A DNA stretch of 64,000 bases from Cyanobacteria bacterium auto_48_18 (GTDB taxonomy: Bacteria > Cyanobacteriota > Vampirovibrionia > Obscuribacterales > Obscuribacteraceae), in assembly GCA_036170915.1 (NCBI GenBank), contig JAVHQC010000029.1, forward strand, positions 96,001-160,000. Direction: 5' to 3'. How positions within the stretch are numbered: position 1 is the first letter of the stretch; each line of letters begins with the position of its first letter. The position numbers and the translations under genes were made by a program. This document shows positions 19,772-28,553 of this stretch, piece after piece. Under the pieces are notes generated by a model. That model saw nothing but the letters and a program-made list of their open reading frames with translations. It was not told where the DNA came from and made no database searches.

Positions 19772-21166
19772 GTGAGTGATTATCGTCGGCAACTTTTAAG
19801 TTGCTTTGGACAAACACGTATTTTGAGATTGGGGCCACCAAAGTGGCTTACGCTGCTTTGGTCATTGATTTTTTGTGGAGTGTTTGCGCTACCGGCCATG
19901 GCAACCACGGCACCAACGATCACGCCAGGCACAGGCGTTTACTCTACTGTGCGTCCTACGGCTACGATTACTGGAGATCCAGGAGCAGTCATACATTTCA
20001 CCACGAACGGAACCAGCCCGTCCGCTCTGAGCCCCATTTATACCGCTGCTATCCCACTGTCCGACAAGAATGTCATTAAGGCGATGGCCAGCTTGTCTGG
20101 CGTGGACAGCGCTATCACAACTGCTTATATCTTGAACGACCCTTCAAGTCTTCCCGTTCCGCGATCGGGATTGCAGCTGTGGTTACAGGGTGATTTAGGC
20201 CCTATAGTATCAGGCACAAATGTTACGCAGTGGAGCGATCTCTCTGGCGCCACTAACAATGCAACTCAGGGCACCATGGCTAATCAGCCGACTCTTCTGA
20301 CAAATGCCTTGCATGGATCAAGTGCTGTCAACTTCAATGGCACAAGTTCATATCTTACCCTGACGTCAGGGCTAAATGATCTGAGTGCTGGCACTTCACT
20401 TTACGCGGTGATTAGTCCGAACACGCCGACCGGAGCCAAGACACTCTACACAAGTGGGGCGGCCGGTGTCACTGATATGGTGAGCGTGCAGACCAATGGC
20501 ACCACTGCAACGGCTAACTTTAACAACGGGGCGACTGCAAGCAACATTGCTTCCGCCGCTGCAGCACTGGCGACTTTAAAGTACCAGGAGCTTGGTGTCG
20601 TCCACAACGGCGCTGCCTCTGCAACTATGGACGTCAATGCAGCTCCTGTGAAGACAGGAGCCGTGCAGAATTTGAACACGGTAAGTCGCACGGTCAACAG
20701 AATCGGCACCAGTAGTGCTTTAAGCGGTTATTGGGGAGGGAAGCTGGCCGAACTACTCGTTTATTCAAGAGCTCTTTCTGCTTCTGAGCACGCCAACGTC
20801 ACCGCATATTTGGCATCGAAGTATCAATTGAATTTCAACGCTACAACCCCGGCCCCGACTATAGCACCGGCAACCAGCACCTTGCTAGAACCAGGGCAAG
20901 TGGCCATATCAGCCAATCCGTCGGCCGAAGTGCGGGTGACGCGTGATGGCACGAACCCTACCATCAGCTCACCTTTGTACACCGGCCCGTTTACTGCATT
21001 TCACACTCAAACAATCAAAGCGATTGCAGTATATGCCACCGGCACCAGTGCCATATCGACATCCACATTGACTCTGAATTCGACAAAATATCCGGCACCA
21101 AACGCTTCGGATGCTCGGGAACTCAAAATCAACCTACAACTTCCAACAACAGGCATTGCACCATGA
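19772..21166 (+). CDS. secreted protein with CHB_HEX_C/Fn3-associated-like domains flanking a LamG/concanavalin-like domain
   Basis: GAGGAG RBS before GTG 19772, then a signal peptide. Two 'I(H/R)xT.DG(T)xP...SP.YT..I/F...IKA' modules. LamG-like 'GLQLWL...V.QW.D.SG..NNATQ...P...F.G...YL' and 'G.LAELLVYSRALS'. Its stop overlaps the next ATG (ATGA). Confidence 0.75.
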   Translation: MSDYRRQLLSCFGQTRILRLGPPKWLTLLWSLIFCGVFALPAMATTAPTITPGTGVYSTVRPTATITGDPGAVIHFTTNGTSPSALSPIYTAAIPLSDKNVIKAMASLSGVDSAITTAYILNDPSSLPVPRSGLQLWLQGDLGPIVSGTNVTQWSDLSGATNNATQGTMANQPTLLTNALHGSSAVNFNGTSSYLTLTSGLNDLSAGTSLYAVISPNTPTGAKTLYTSGAAGVTDMVSVQTNGTTATANFNNGATASNIASAAAALATLKYQELGVVHNGAASATMDVNAAPVKTGAVQNLNTVSRTVNRIGTSSALSGYWGGKLAELLVYSRALSASEHANVTAYLASKYQLNFNATTPAPTIAPATSTLLEPGQVAISANPSAEVRVTRDGTNPTISSPLYTGPFTAFHTQTIKAIAVYATGTSAISTSTLTLNSTKYPAPNASDARELKINLQLPTTGIAP

Positions 21167-22791
21167 AGGACCTAATGCAAAGAGTAAATGCAAAGCTCAA
21201 AATGTCGCAGTTGAAGCCCGTGCCCGGAACAAACAGGCTAGCGTGCGTATGCCTGGCGGCCGTGTTTTTGCTCAGTCAGTTTACCCCAGCATTGGCGCTA
21301 GCACCAGTTACAGAACCACCTGTGGTACCACCACCACAATTAGTGGCACCGCAGCCGAAAAATGGCGTCAAAACTGGCCCACGTTCTGTAACTCAATTCA
21401 TCGCAAAAAGTGTTCTGAGTGCTAACCCAAGCGATCTTGAAATTGCCACAACACGAATCTTTTCCGAACCGCTCACTCCGGTCGGTAGCGAATTGGTAAG
21501 CGGTGAGAATCAGGCTATCGCAAGTCTTGTTCAGTCGTTAAAAGTTAAAGCCGCCCCAGAAGATGTATCAGCGCTGACGAATTTCATTTCGGCATTTCCT
21601 ACTTCTCGCTGGACACCTAGCATTGAGAGCAACCTGGCTGAGCTGTACTCGCGCACAGGCTACCTCACGCGTGCCATTGCCGGTTGGAAGGCTGTTTGGG
21701 AAAGAACAAAAACTGAAAAAGGCACCGCTCAAATAGCAGTCGCAAATCATGCCATGGCAAATCTTCTCACCACGTATGCGCGGTTGGGAATGAAAGAGGA
21801 ATTGAAAAGTCGCTTTGCCGAAATCGAAGGACGACCATTTTTTGGCAGTGATGAGACCAAGATTAATGGTGCCCACATTGGCTACTTGGACATGCTCGGA
21901 AATGAGCAGCACGCCTTCAAATGCGGCCCATACGCGATTAATACCCTTTTCAATTTAGAGAAAAACACAAAAACTCGCCACCCAATTATTGAGAAGGCTG
22001 CATCAACTGCCAAAGGCACCAATCTGCTTCAAGTGAAACAATGGGCCGATCAAGTAGGGCTGAAAATGCAGGCAGTGAAGCGCACTGCGGGCGGTGCCAT
22101 AGTGGTGCCATCAATTATGCACTGGAAATTGCAGCACTTTGCGGCCATCGTTGCCGAGAAAAACGGCAAGTATCTTCTAAAAGATCCAACATTCGATAAT
22201 GACGGAAGCATCTGGGTTTCGTCGGCGGCGTTAGATGAAGAAAGCGACGGTTACTTTTTAATTCCTACTGCAAAAGCATTACCTGCTGGTTGGCAGTTAG
22301 TCACCGATGAAGAGGCGAAGTCTGTTTGGGGTAAAGGCGGATCGCACGAGGCCGATCATAATGAGAAAGGGTGCAATGCGCCGTCTTCTGGGGCACAGAG
22401 TTGTGAGAAACCCTGTGGTATGGCGGTAGCGTCTGCTTACAGTATGCAAGCCACCTTAACTATTGCAGATAAGCCGCTTTTCTATCAGCCTCCAGTCGGG
22501 CCTGCCATCGATCAGGTTGTCACCTACGACCACCTCCAAACTAACCAACCAAGCACTTTCACATTCACGAATCTTGGGCAGAACTGGAACTTCAACTGGC
22601 TCTCTTACCTGACTGTTGACCCAATCACTTCAGTTGCCACTCTGCGCAAAATGGGTGGTGGTTCAGAGATTTATGCTCCAGACATTGTTACTGGCCTCTA
22701 CTCACCCTCTTTGATGTCACAAGCCAAACTTGTGTACATCAGCCCCGGCGTGTACCAGAGGCAAATGCCAGACGGTTCAATGCAAGTCTAA
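21163..22791 (+). CDS. N-terminal part of a split RHS protein: signal peptide, TPR-like helices, C39-like cysteine peptidase, start of RHS region
   Basis: Signal ending FTPALA. C39-like KCGPYA...HW..QHF...KDP. Ends abruptly at ...PDGSMQV*, where the frame continues in -1. Confidence 0.8.
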   Translation: MKDLMQRVNAKLKMSQLKPVPGTNRLACVCLAAVFLLSQFTPALALAPVTEPPVVPPPQLVAPQPKNGVKTGPRSVTQFIAKSVLSANPSDLEIATTRIFSEPLTPVGSELVSGENQAIASLVQSLKVKAAPEDVSALTNFISAFPTSRWTPSIESNLAELYSRTGYLTRAIAGWKAVWERTKTEKGTAQIAVANHAMANLLTTYARLGMKEELKSRFAEIEGRPFFGSDETKINGAHIGYLDMLGNEQHAFKCGPYAINTLFNLEKNTKTRHPIIEKAASTAKGTNLLQVKQWADQVGLKMQAVKRTAGGAIVVPSIMHWKLQHFAAIVAEKNGKYLLKDPTFDNDGSIWVSSAALDEESDGYFLIPTAKALPAGWQLVTDEEAKSVWGKGGSHEADHNEKGCNAPSSGAQSCEKPCGMAVASAYSMQATLTIADKPLFYQPPVGPAIDQVVTYDHLQTNQPSTFTFTNLGQNWNFNWLSYLTVDPITSVATLRKMGGGSEIYAPDIVTGLYSPSLMSQAKLVYISPGVYQRQMPDGSMQV

Positions 22792-22826
22792 ACCAGTCAG
22801 ATGCCAGTTCGCCGCCACGTATTTTC

Positions 22827-25800
22827 ATGACCCAAGTAATTGACAAAGCGGGTAATGCTGCGCTTGTTCAGTACGACTCCAACTTCAGGCTGACCAGTCT
22901 CACTGACTCGATCGGCCAGGTTTCGACTGTAAATTACGTTTCTAATACTTTGGGAAATGTCGGCTTCTACAAAATTAGTTCCATCGTCGACCCTTTTGCA
23001 AGATCATGCTCGTTCACCTGGGATTCAACAACAACTTTACTTTTAAGCATCACCGACGTAGTTGGCTTAAAATCCCAGTTTACGTACGACCCATCTTCAT
23101 CGTTTATCACGTCGATGACCACGCCGTATGGCACTTCAAGTTTCTATAAATATGTGCCCACCTATGCCGGTCCATATCCTGCACAAGGTCTGAAAATAAC
23201 ATATCCTGACGGTACTTCTGATGTTTTAGAAAGTTTTCTCTCAGTCGAACAAATTACCTACTTCTGGGACCGACACGCTAACCAACTTTATCCCGCAGAT
23301 CCCGCTAATCAAATTTACACTCACTGCGAGCAGATGAAATGGCTGCTTGATTTCAGTACTTCACTGATGAAGCCGGTTTATCAGTATGCTATCCATCCAT
23401 TAGAAAGTGCCAGCCCTATCTATTACCGCTCTCAAGGCCAGGGTGCCAGCTCCAATTTCATCGGCACCACCAACAAGATTACTGAGGCAAAGCGCAACAT
23501 TGGTAACGCCATCACAATTGCAACAGTGGGTGGCACGGTTGTTACCGGCGACCAATTCTACCTGGGGGCCGACGGACAGGCTCAGATTTATTATTCTGTG
23601 CAGGCAGGCGACACTCTTACTTCTATTACGAGCAATCTGATTGCGCAAGTAAATTCCAACCCTGGCATGCAGGGTGTGGGCGTTACTGCTGTGCAAATTT
23701 CCCCAACATCGTTCAGTTTGCATACAGATAGCCCCCTTGTGGCGCAGTACAGATATGCGCCTTTTGGGGGCGTTGTTCTCACTATCGCTATGCGATCTCA
23801 ATCGGAGCAAACGGCCAATGTCACCATTGGCGGTACCATGACTGTCGGCGATACCGTCAACTTAGATATCGCCCTACCGTATCCCAATAATTTCTCTCAA
23901 CGCGTCACTCACACGGTCGTCGGTGGAGACACGCCTACCACTGTCGCCGCTTCAATGGCAGCAAAAATAAATGCTGACCCGCTTTTTGCTCAGTATCCCT
24001 ATGTCGGCACGTCTAGCGGGCCCGTTTTAAAGGTTTCGTCTTTTAGCGGAAAAGTCGTCGACTATGGCAGCTTCATTGGTGGATCGGGCAGCGAGTCAAT
24101 CGTTGTCTCTGATATTCGCAATGGCACCATTCAGCTTTCTACAAATAAATATAACCCCTTAGGAAAAATGACTGAGTCTGTGGACCCGGTCAATCGCAAG
24201 TTTTCCTATGTTTATGATTCAAACAACATCGATTTGCTTCAAGTAAAAGAAACGCAGAACGCTAATAATTTTCAGATGGAAGCTTGGACTTGGAATGCAA
24301 AGCACATGCCGCTCACCCACACTGATGGCTCCGGCCGTGTCAAAACTTACGTCTACAATTCGCTCCAGCAGCCCATCTCTGTCACTGATGCCAATTCGAA
24401 CGTCACGACGATGACGTATACTGGCACGTCTTCCGCCACCATTGGCGGCACTGTCACCGCCGGCAATGTGCTCACAATTACTGTATTTGACACTGGACTG
24501 GCTGGAGGTCAGAAGGCAGTAAATTACACGGTTATCGCCGGGAACACACTAACGACCATTGCCACCGGATTAAGAAATGCCATCAATGCAGACTCAAGCT
24601 TGCAGGCAATAGGAGTTACCGCCACATCAGCTGCGGCCGTGATTACATTGAAATCAAATTCGGTAAACGTGACTACCTACGCTCAATCTGTGAGCGGCGG
24701 TGCGACTGCAACTATTGCTTTGGGAGCAAACAGATTTGGCTATCTGACCAAAATAGATGGCCCACTTGCTGGCAGCCAAGACGTCACCACAATTTCTTAC
24801 GACGGATTCGGCAGAGTGTTCTCCGTTTCGAATTCCACAGGCTATACCAAAACTTTCAGCTATGACAATATGAATCGCCGTATCAGAACAACTCATCCCG
24901 ATAACACTTTTGAACAAACTGTCTGGAGTCGTCTTGACCCGGTGATGACAAAAGACAGAATTGGCAGATGGTCTCAAACTGCTTTTGACTCCATGGATCA
25001 AGTTGCTTTCGATATCGACTCGCTGGGCCGTAAAACTCAATATACCTGGTGCTCTTGCGGGTCAATCTTAACTTTGACCGACCCCGCGAACAACACAACC
25101 AGTTGGGGCCATGACCTTCAAGGCAGAACTACTTCCAAGACCTATGCCAACTCGACAGCAATAAATTATGCATACGAACCTTACGGCAGCAATTTGCGCT
25201 CGAGAACTGACGCCTTGAACCAAATTACAAATTATCTCTATTACCCGGATGATAAAATTTTCCAGACCAGTTACAAAAATGCTGTCAATCCAACTGCGTC
25301 GACGACAACTGCGTGGGACTCAAATTACGATCGGGTCAAAAGTATTCAGAAAAATGACTGGGGTACGATTGCTTACACTTATAATCCATATATTTTGCCG
25401 CTTGGCACTCCCACTACTGGCGGTGGCATGCTGCAGGTCGTACACAATGACAGGATGGCAAATTCAGACATAAGCTTCGTTTATGATAATTTGGGCCGAA
25501 CTACCAACCGCTCAATTAATGGCGCCGCAAATTCAAATTCTTGGACCTTCGATGCCATGAGCAGAGTAACTGGCGAGACTAATGCGTTAGGCAGCTTCGC
25601 CTATGCTTATGTAGACAATACTGCGGGTTCTTCTAAAGGCAGTACGCGCTTAGCGTCCGTTACTTATCCAAACAGTCAAGTGACTAAATACAGCTGGTAT
25701 CCAGCAATTGGGGATGAGCGCCTGCAACAAATTGCCAATTTAAAAACCAGCAGCGGTCCAACCATTTCTCAATTTAGCCATGTTTATAATCCAGCTGGAG

Positions 25801-28553
25801 AAATGACCCAATGGAACCAGCTGCAAGACAATAAGAGCGTCAATTACAGGCTGGGCTATGATCAGGCCGGCCAACTTACAGGCTCGCAAGCAAGCCCTGG
25901 CCAACCTTCAGCGAGTTATATCGGTCAAAATTATTTTGCCTATGATGTTGCCGCTAATCGCACCGCTGTGCAGCAAAATAGCGTCAATAGAGTTAGATTT
26001 GGAGGCACGGTCACCACTGGCAATGCTTTAACGATAACTGTCAAAGATTCGGCGTTAACAGGCGGACAAAAAGCCCTAGTTTATACGGTCGTTGGCGGAG
26101 ACACCTTATCGACGATCGCGACTAAATTTGCTGCGCTCATTACCGCCGATACAGATATGCAGGCACTCGGTGTCAATGCTTCGGCCAATGGGCCGATGAT
26201 GAGCATCAAATCTGCATCGCCAAATATCACTACATACTCTCAATCCACCAGCGGCGGTGCCACCACTACCATTGCTTTAGGCGTCACCGGCAATTTTGTT
26301 GAAAATGCGGTAATTGGTGGCACCAAGACCACAGGAAATATAATCACAATAACGGTGAGTGATGCTGCTTTAGCGGGCGGACAAACAGCCATTAATTACA
26401 CCGTTTTAGCCAGCGACAACCTGACCACGATGGCTACAGGCCTTAAAAACGCGATAAATGCAAATGCTGGCCTCACTGCAGCCGGAGTAACTGCGACTTC
26501 GGCCGGAACTGCGATTACAGTTAAATCAACATCTGCCAACGCAACCACTTACTCTCAATCAACAAGTGCTGGCGCCACTGCCACAATTTCGCTTTCGATC
26601 AATCAAAACGGTCCGCAGACAATCGCACTATCGGGGACAAAGACCACCGGCGATACCATTACAATTACGGTTTATGATGCAGGTCTCGCTGGCGGTTTGA
26701 AAGCAGTGACCTACACCGTGCTCGCCGGCGACACATTGACCAGCATTGCGACAGGGTTGGCGGCTGCGCTGACAGCAGATTCAGCTCTGCAAGGAATTGG
26801 AGTCAGTGCCACAGCAGCAGCGACCGTGGTCACGCTACAGTCCAACTCGATAAATCAAACTATGCTTCGCGAAACCACAAGCGCAACTGCTACCGAACTT
26901 ATCTCAATAAATATTCCAGCCAATGGTGTTCAAACCGCTGTTATCGGGGGAACAAAGACCACCGGTGACGTGGTAACTATCACCACATATGATGCTGCTC
27001 TCGGTGGGGGTACGCAGGCCGTAAATTACACAGTCTTGTCTGGCGATACTCTAACTTCTATTGCTACTGGGCTCGCTGCCGCAATTACAGCGAATGCAAG
27101 TTTGTCTGAAATTGGCGTCTCTGCGACCTCTTCTTCGACCGTAGTCAACGTAAAATCAACTTCGATTAACAACACGACTTATGCAAAATCGACCAGCGGT
27201 GGTGCCACTGAAACAATTACGCTTGCCCGAGTAATGACTGTTGGCCAATATGGATACAATAATGTTAACGAGCTAACTAGCATTACGGCTGGCGGCGCCA
27301 CAAGATTTCAAGGAACTACAAACAAGCCATTAAAATCAGCGACGGTAAATAGTCAGCCAGCGACCCTCAACTGGACGGAAAGTTTCACTGGCAATGCCGT
27401 GTTAAGCAATGGCGCAAATAATGTGCCGGTTAGTGCTACAGATGGTGCAAACAATGTCAAAACACACAATTATCAAATTCCAATTGCAGGGCCGGGAGGC
27501 TCGACCCTAACGTTTGATGCCAATGGCAATATGACGAATCATGGAGCAAATTTGTATGCTTGGGATGTTGAGAACCGGTTGATTAAAATTACATATCCAG
27601 GAACCGGAAATTATAGTCAATTTCTCTATGATGCTACGGGAGTTGTTGGCCAGGTTACTGAAACTATTGCAAGTAGTCTCAGCAGCACGAAGCAATTTAT
27701 TCGCTGCAATTCGACAATCTGTGAAGAGCGCAGCGCAACTAGCACTTTGACAAAGCATTTTTTTGAAAGCGGGCAAACTTTAAGCGGCGCAGTTTATTTT
27801 TACACTTTGGACCATACTGGCTCTGTAAGGGCGATGACAGACAACTCTGCCGCAGTGCAGGCTCAATATGATTATGGTCTGTACGGCCAAGCGACCAAAA
27901 TTTCCGGTGCCCTTGATGCAGATTTTCAGTATGCCAGATACTACTCACATCAGCCAAGCCAGCTTAGCCTTACGCTTTACCGAGCTTACAACCCCGCTCT
28001 TGCGCGGTGGATCAATCGCGACCCCATACGTGAGCTGGCGAATATCAATCTCTACTGTTATGTCCATAACAGGCCCCTTAATTACGTTGATCCCCTGGGA
28101 TTAGGTGAATTTCAATATGTGGGATCAGGAACATTTAATAGTAAGGCAAAGGGCATAATCGATAAACTGAAAAAGTGTCCAGCCATGAAACCAGTCTTTA
28201 AGAACATCGCCGACGGACCATTGAACGTTATGGTTGGTCCCGCAGAGCCGGGCTATATGCCAAATACGGAACTTGACCCGGCATCAGGTCTTGTTATAAA
28301 CCTTGATTTTTACGTTGACGTAACAGGTCATGCAGGCTCCATAATTGCCGGACCTGATATTCAAGCAGCTCATGAGTTAGGCCATGCTGAGGATATTGAA
28401 CGCAATAGGAACTCAAGGGCTGATGACAAGAAAAACAGAGCTAGGTGTGAAAAACATTGTGTCGAATTAGAAGATGCAGTTCGAGCATGGACGGGAGCGC
28501 CCGGCGAGCCACGAAGAAGTTACTCAAATGCGCAAGGAATGACTTATCCATGA
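22827..28553 (+). CDS. C-terminal part of a split RHS/YD-repeat polymorphic toxin with inserted repeats and a C-terminal HExxH domain
   Basis: Many YD repeats. RHS core 'YRAYNP.LARWINRDPI...NLYCYV.NRPLNYVDPLGL'. HELGH at 28371-28385. Confidence 0.9.
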   Translation: MTQVIDKAGNAALVQYDSNFRLTSLTDSIGQVSTVNYVSNTLGNVGFYKISSIVDPFARSCSFTWDSTTTLLLSITDVVGLKSQFTYDPSSSFITSMTTPYGTSSFYKYVPTYAGPYPAQGLKITYPDGTSDVLESFLSVEQITYFWDRHANQLYPADPANQIYTHCEQMKWLLDFSTSLMKPVYQYAIHPLESASPIYYRSQGQGASSNFIGTTNKITEAKRNIGNAITIATVGGTVVTGDQFYLGADGQAQIYYSVQAGDTLTSITSNLIAQVNSNPGMQGVGVTAVQISPTSFSLHTDSPLVAQYRYAPFGGVVLTIAMRSQSEQTANVTIGGTMTVGDTVNLDIALPYPNNFSQRVTHTVVGGDTPTTVAASMAAKINADPLFAQYPYVGTSSGPVLKVSSFSGKVVDYGSFIGGSGSESIVVSDIRNGTIQLSTNKYNPLGKMTESVDPVNRKFSYVYDSNNIDLLQVKETQNANNFQMEAWTWNAKHMPLTHTDGSGRVKTYVYNSLQQPISVTDANSNVTTMTYTGTSSATIGGTVTAGNVLTITVFDTGLAGGQKAVNYTVIAGNTLTTIATGLRNAINADSSLQAIGVTATSAAAVITLKSNSVNVTTYAQSVSGGATATIALGANRFGYLTKIDGPLAGSQDVTTISYDGFGRVFSVSNSTGYTKTFSYDNMNRRIRTTHPDNTFEQTVWSRLDPVMTKDRIGRWSQTAFDSMDQVAFDIDSLGRKTQYTWCSCGSILTLTDPANNTTSWGHDLQGRTTSKTYANSTAINYAYEPYGSNLRSRTDALNQITNYLYYPDDKIFQTSYKNAVNPTASTTTAWDSNYDRVKSIQKNDWGTIAYTYNPYILPLGTPTTGGGMLQVVHNDRMANSDISFVYDNLGRTTNRSINGAANSNSWTFDAMSRVTGETNALGSFAYAYVDNTAGSSKGSTRLASVTYPNSQVTKYSWYPAIGDERLQQIANLKTSSGPTISQFSHVYNPAGEMTQWNQLQDNKSVNYRLGYDQAGQLTGSQASPGQPSASYIGQNYFAYDVAANRTAVQQNSVNRVRFGGTVTTGNALTITVKDSALTGGQKALVYTVVGGDTLSTIATKFAALITADTDMQALGVNASANGPMMSIKSASPNITTYSQSTSGGATTTIALGVTGNFVENAVIGGTKTTGNIITITVSDAALAGGQTAINYTVLASDNLTTMATGLKNAINANAGLTAAGVTATSAGTAITVKSTSANATTYSQSTSAGATATISLSINQNGPQTIALSGTKTTGDTITITVYDAGLAGGLKAVTYTVLAGDTLTSIATGLAAALTADSALQGIGVSATAAATVVTLQSNSINQTMLRETTSATATELISINIPANGVQTAVIGGTKTTGDVVTITTYDAALGGGTQAVNYTVLSGDTLTSIATGLAAAITANASLSEIGVSATSSSTVVNVKSTSINNTTYAKSTSGGATETITLARVMTVGQYGYNNVNELTSITAGGATRFQGTTNKPLKSATVNSQPATLNWTESFTGNAVLSNGANNVPVSATDGANNVKTHNYQIPIAGPGGSTLTFDANGNMTNHGANLYAWDVENRLIKITYPGTGNYSQFLYDATGVVGQVTETIASSLSSTKQFIRCNSTICEERSATSTLTKHFFESGQTLSGAVYFYTLDHTGSVRAMTDNSAAVQAQYDYGLYGQATKISGALDADFQYARYYSHQPSQLSLTLYRAYNPALARWINRDPIRELANINLYCYVHNRPLNYVDPLGLGEFQYVGSGTFNSKAKGIIDKLKKCPAMKPVFKNIADGPLNVMVGPAEPGYMPNTELDPASGLVINLDFYVDVTGHAGSIIAGPDIQAAHELGHAEDIERNRNSRADDKKNRARCEKHCVELEDAVRAWTGAPGEPRRSYSNAQGMTYP
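23520..27225 (+). repeat. seven ~100-105-aa protein repeats inserted in the RHS region
   Basis: GG/SG anchor codons at 23529, 23829, 24444, 26001, 26316, 26631, 26946. The last four have an exact 315-nt period. Confidence 0.9.

Larger units (their letters stand above)
21163..28553 (+). pseudogene. single ~2463-aa C39-RHS gene interrupted by an apparent 1-nt deletion (genuine frameshift or assembly error)
   Basis: Adding one base at GTC TA^ AAC CAG (22790/22791) gives a continuous ...PDGSMQVYNQSDASSPPRIFMTQVID... frame. Confidence 0.7.

Noticed and set aside
22620..22791. Programmed -1 ribosomal frameshift joining the two RHS ORFs
   Set aside because: The -1 frame is open over this stretch, but I found no X_XXY_YYZ slippery heptamer or obvious stimulatory hairpin. 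A 1-nt deletion inside a Tyr codon explains the break more simply.
23590..27070. Calling the inserted RHS repeats LysM domains
   Set aside because: Only YTVxxGDTLxxIA matches. The second half of LysM (N...I..GQ.L.IP) is absent and the unit is ~105 aa.
25990..27225. 315-bp periodicity as a CRISPR array or DNA-level repeat element
   Set aside because: The repeats are conserved at protein level with divergent codons, lie within one ORF, and have no repeat-spacer structure.
28457..28549. ORF-track N-terminal extension of the putative immunity gene
   Set aside because: It overlaps the RHS C-terminus. ATG 28550 gives an ATGA coupling and exposes a signal-like leader.
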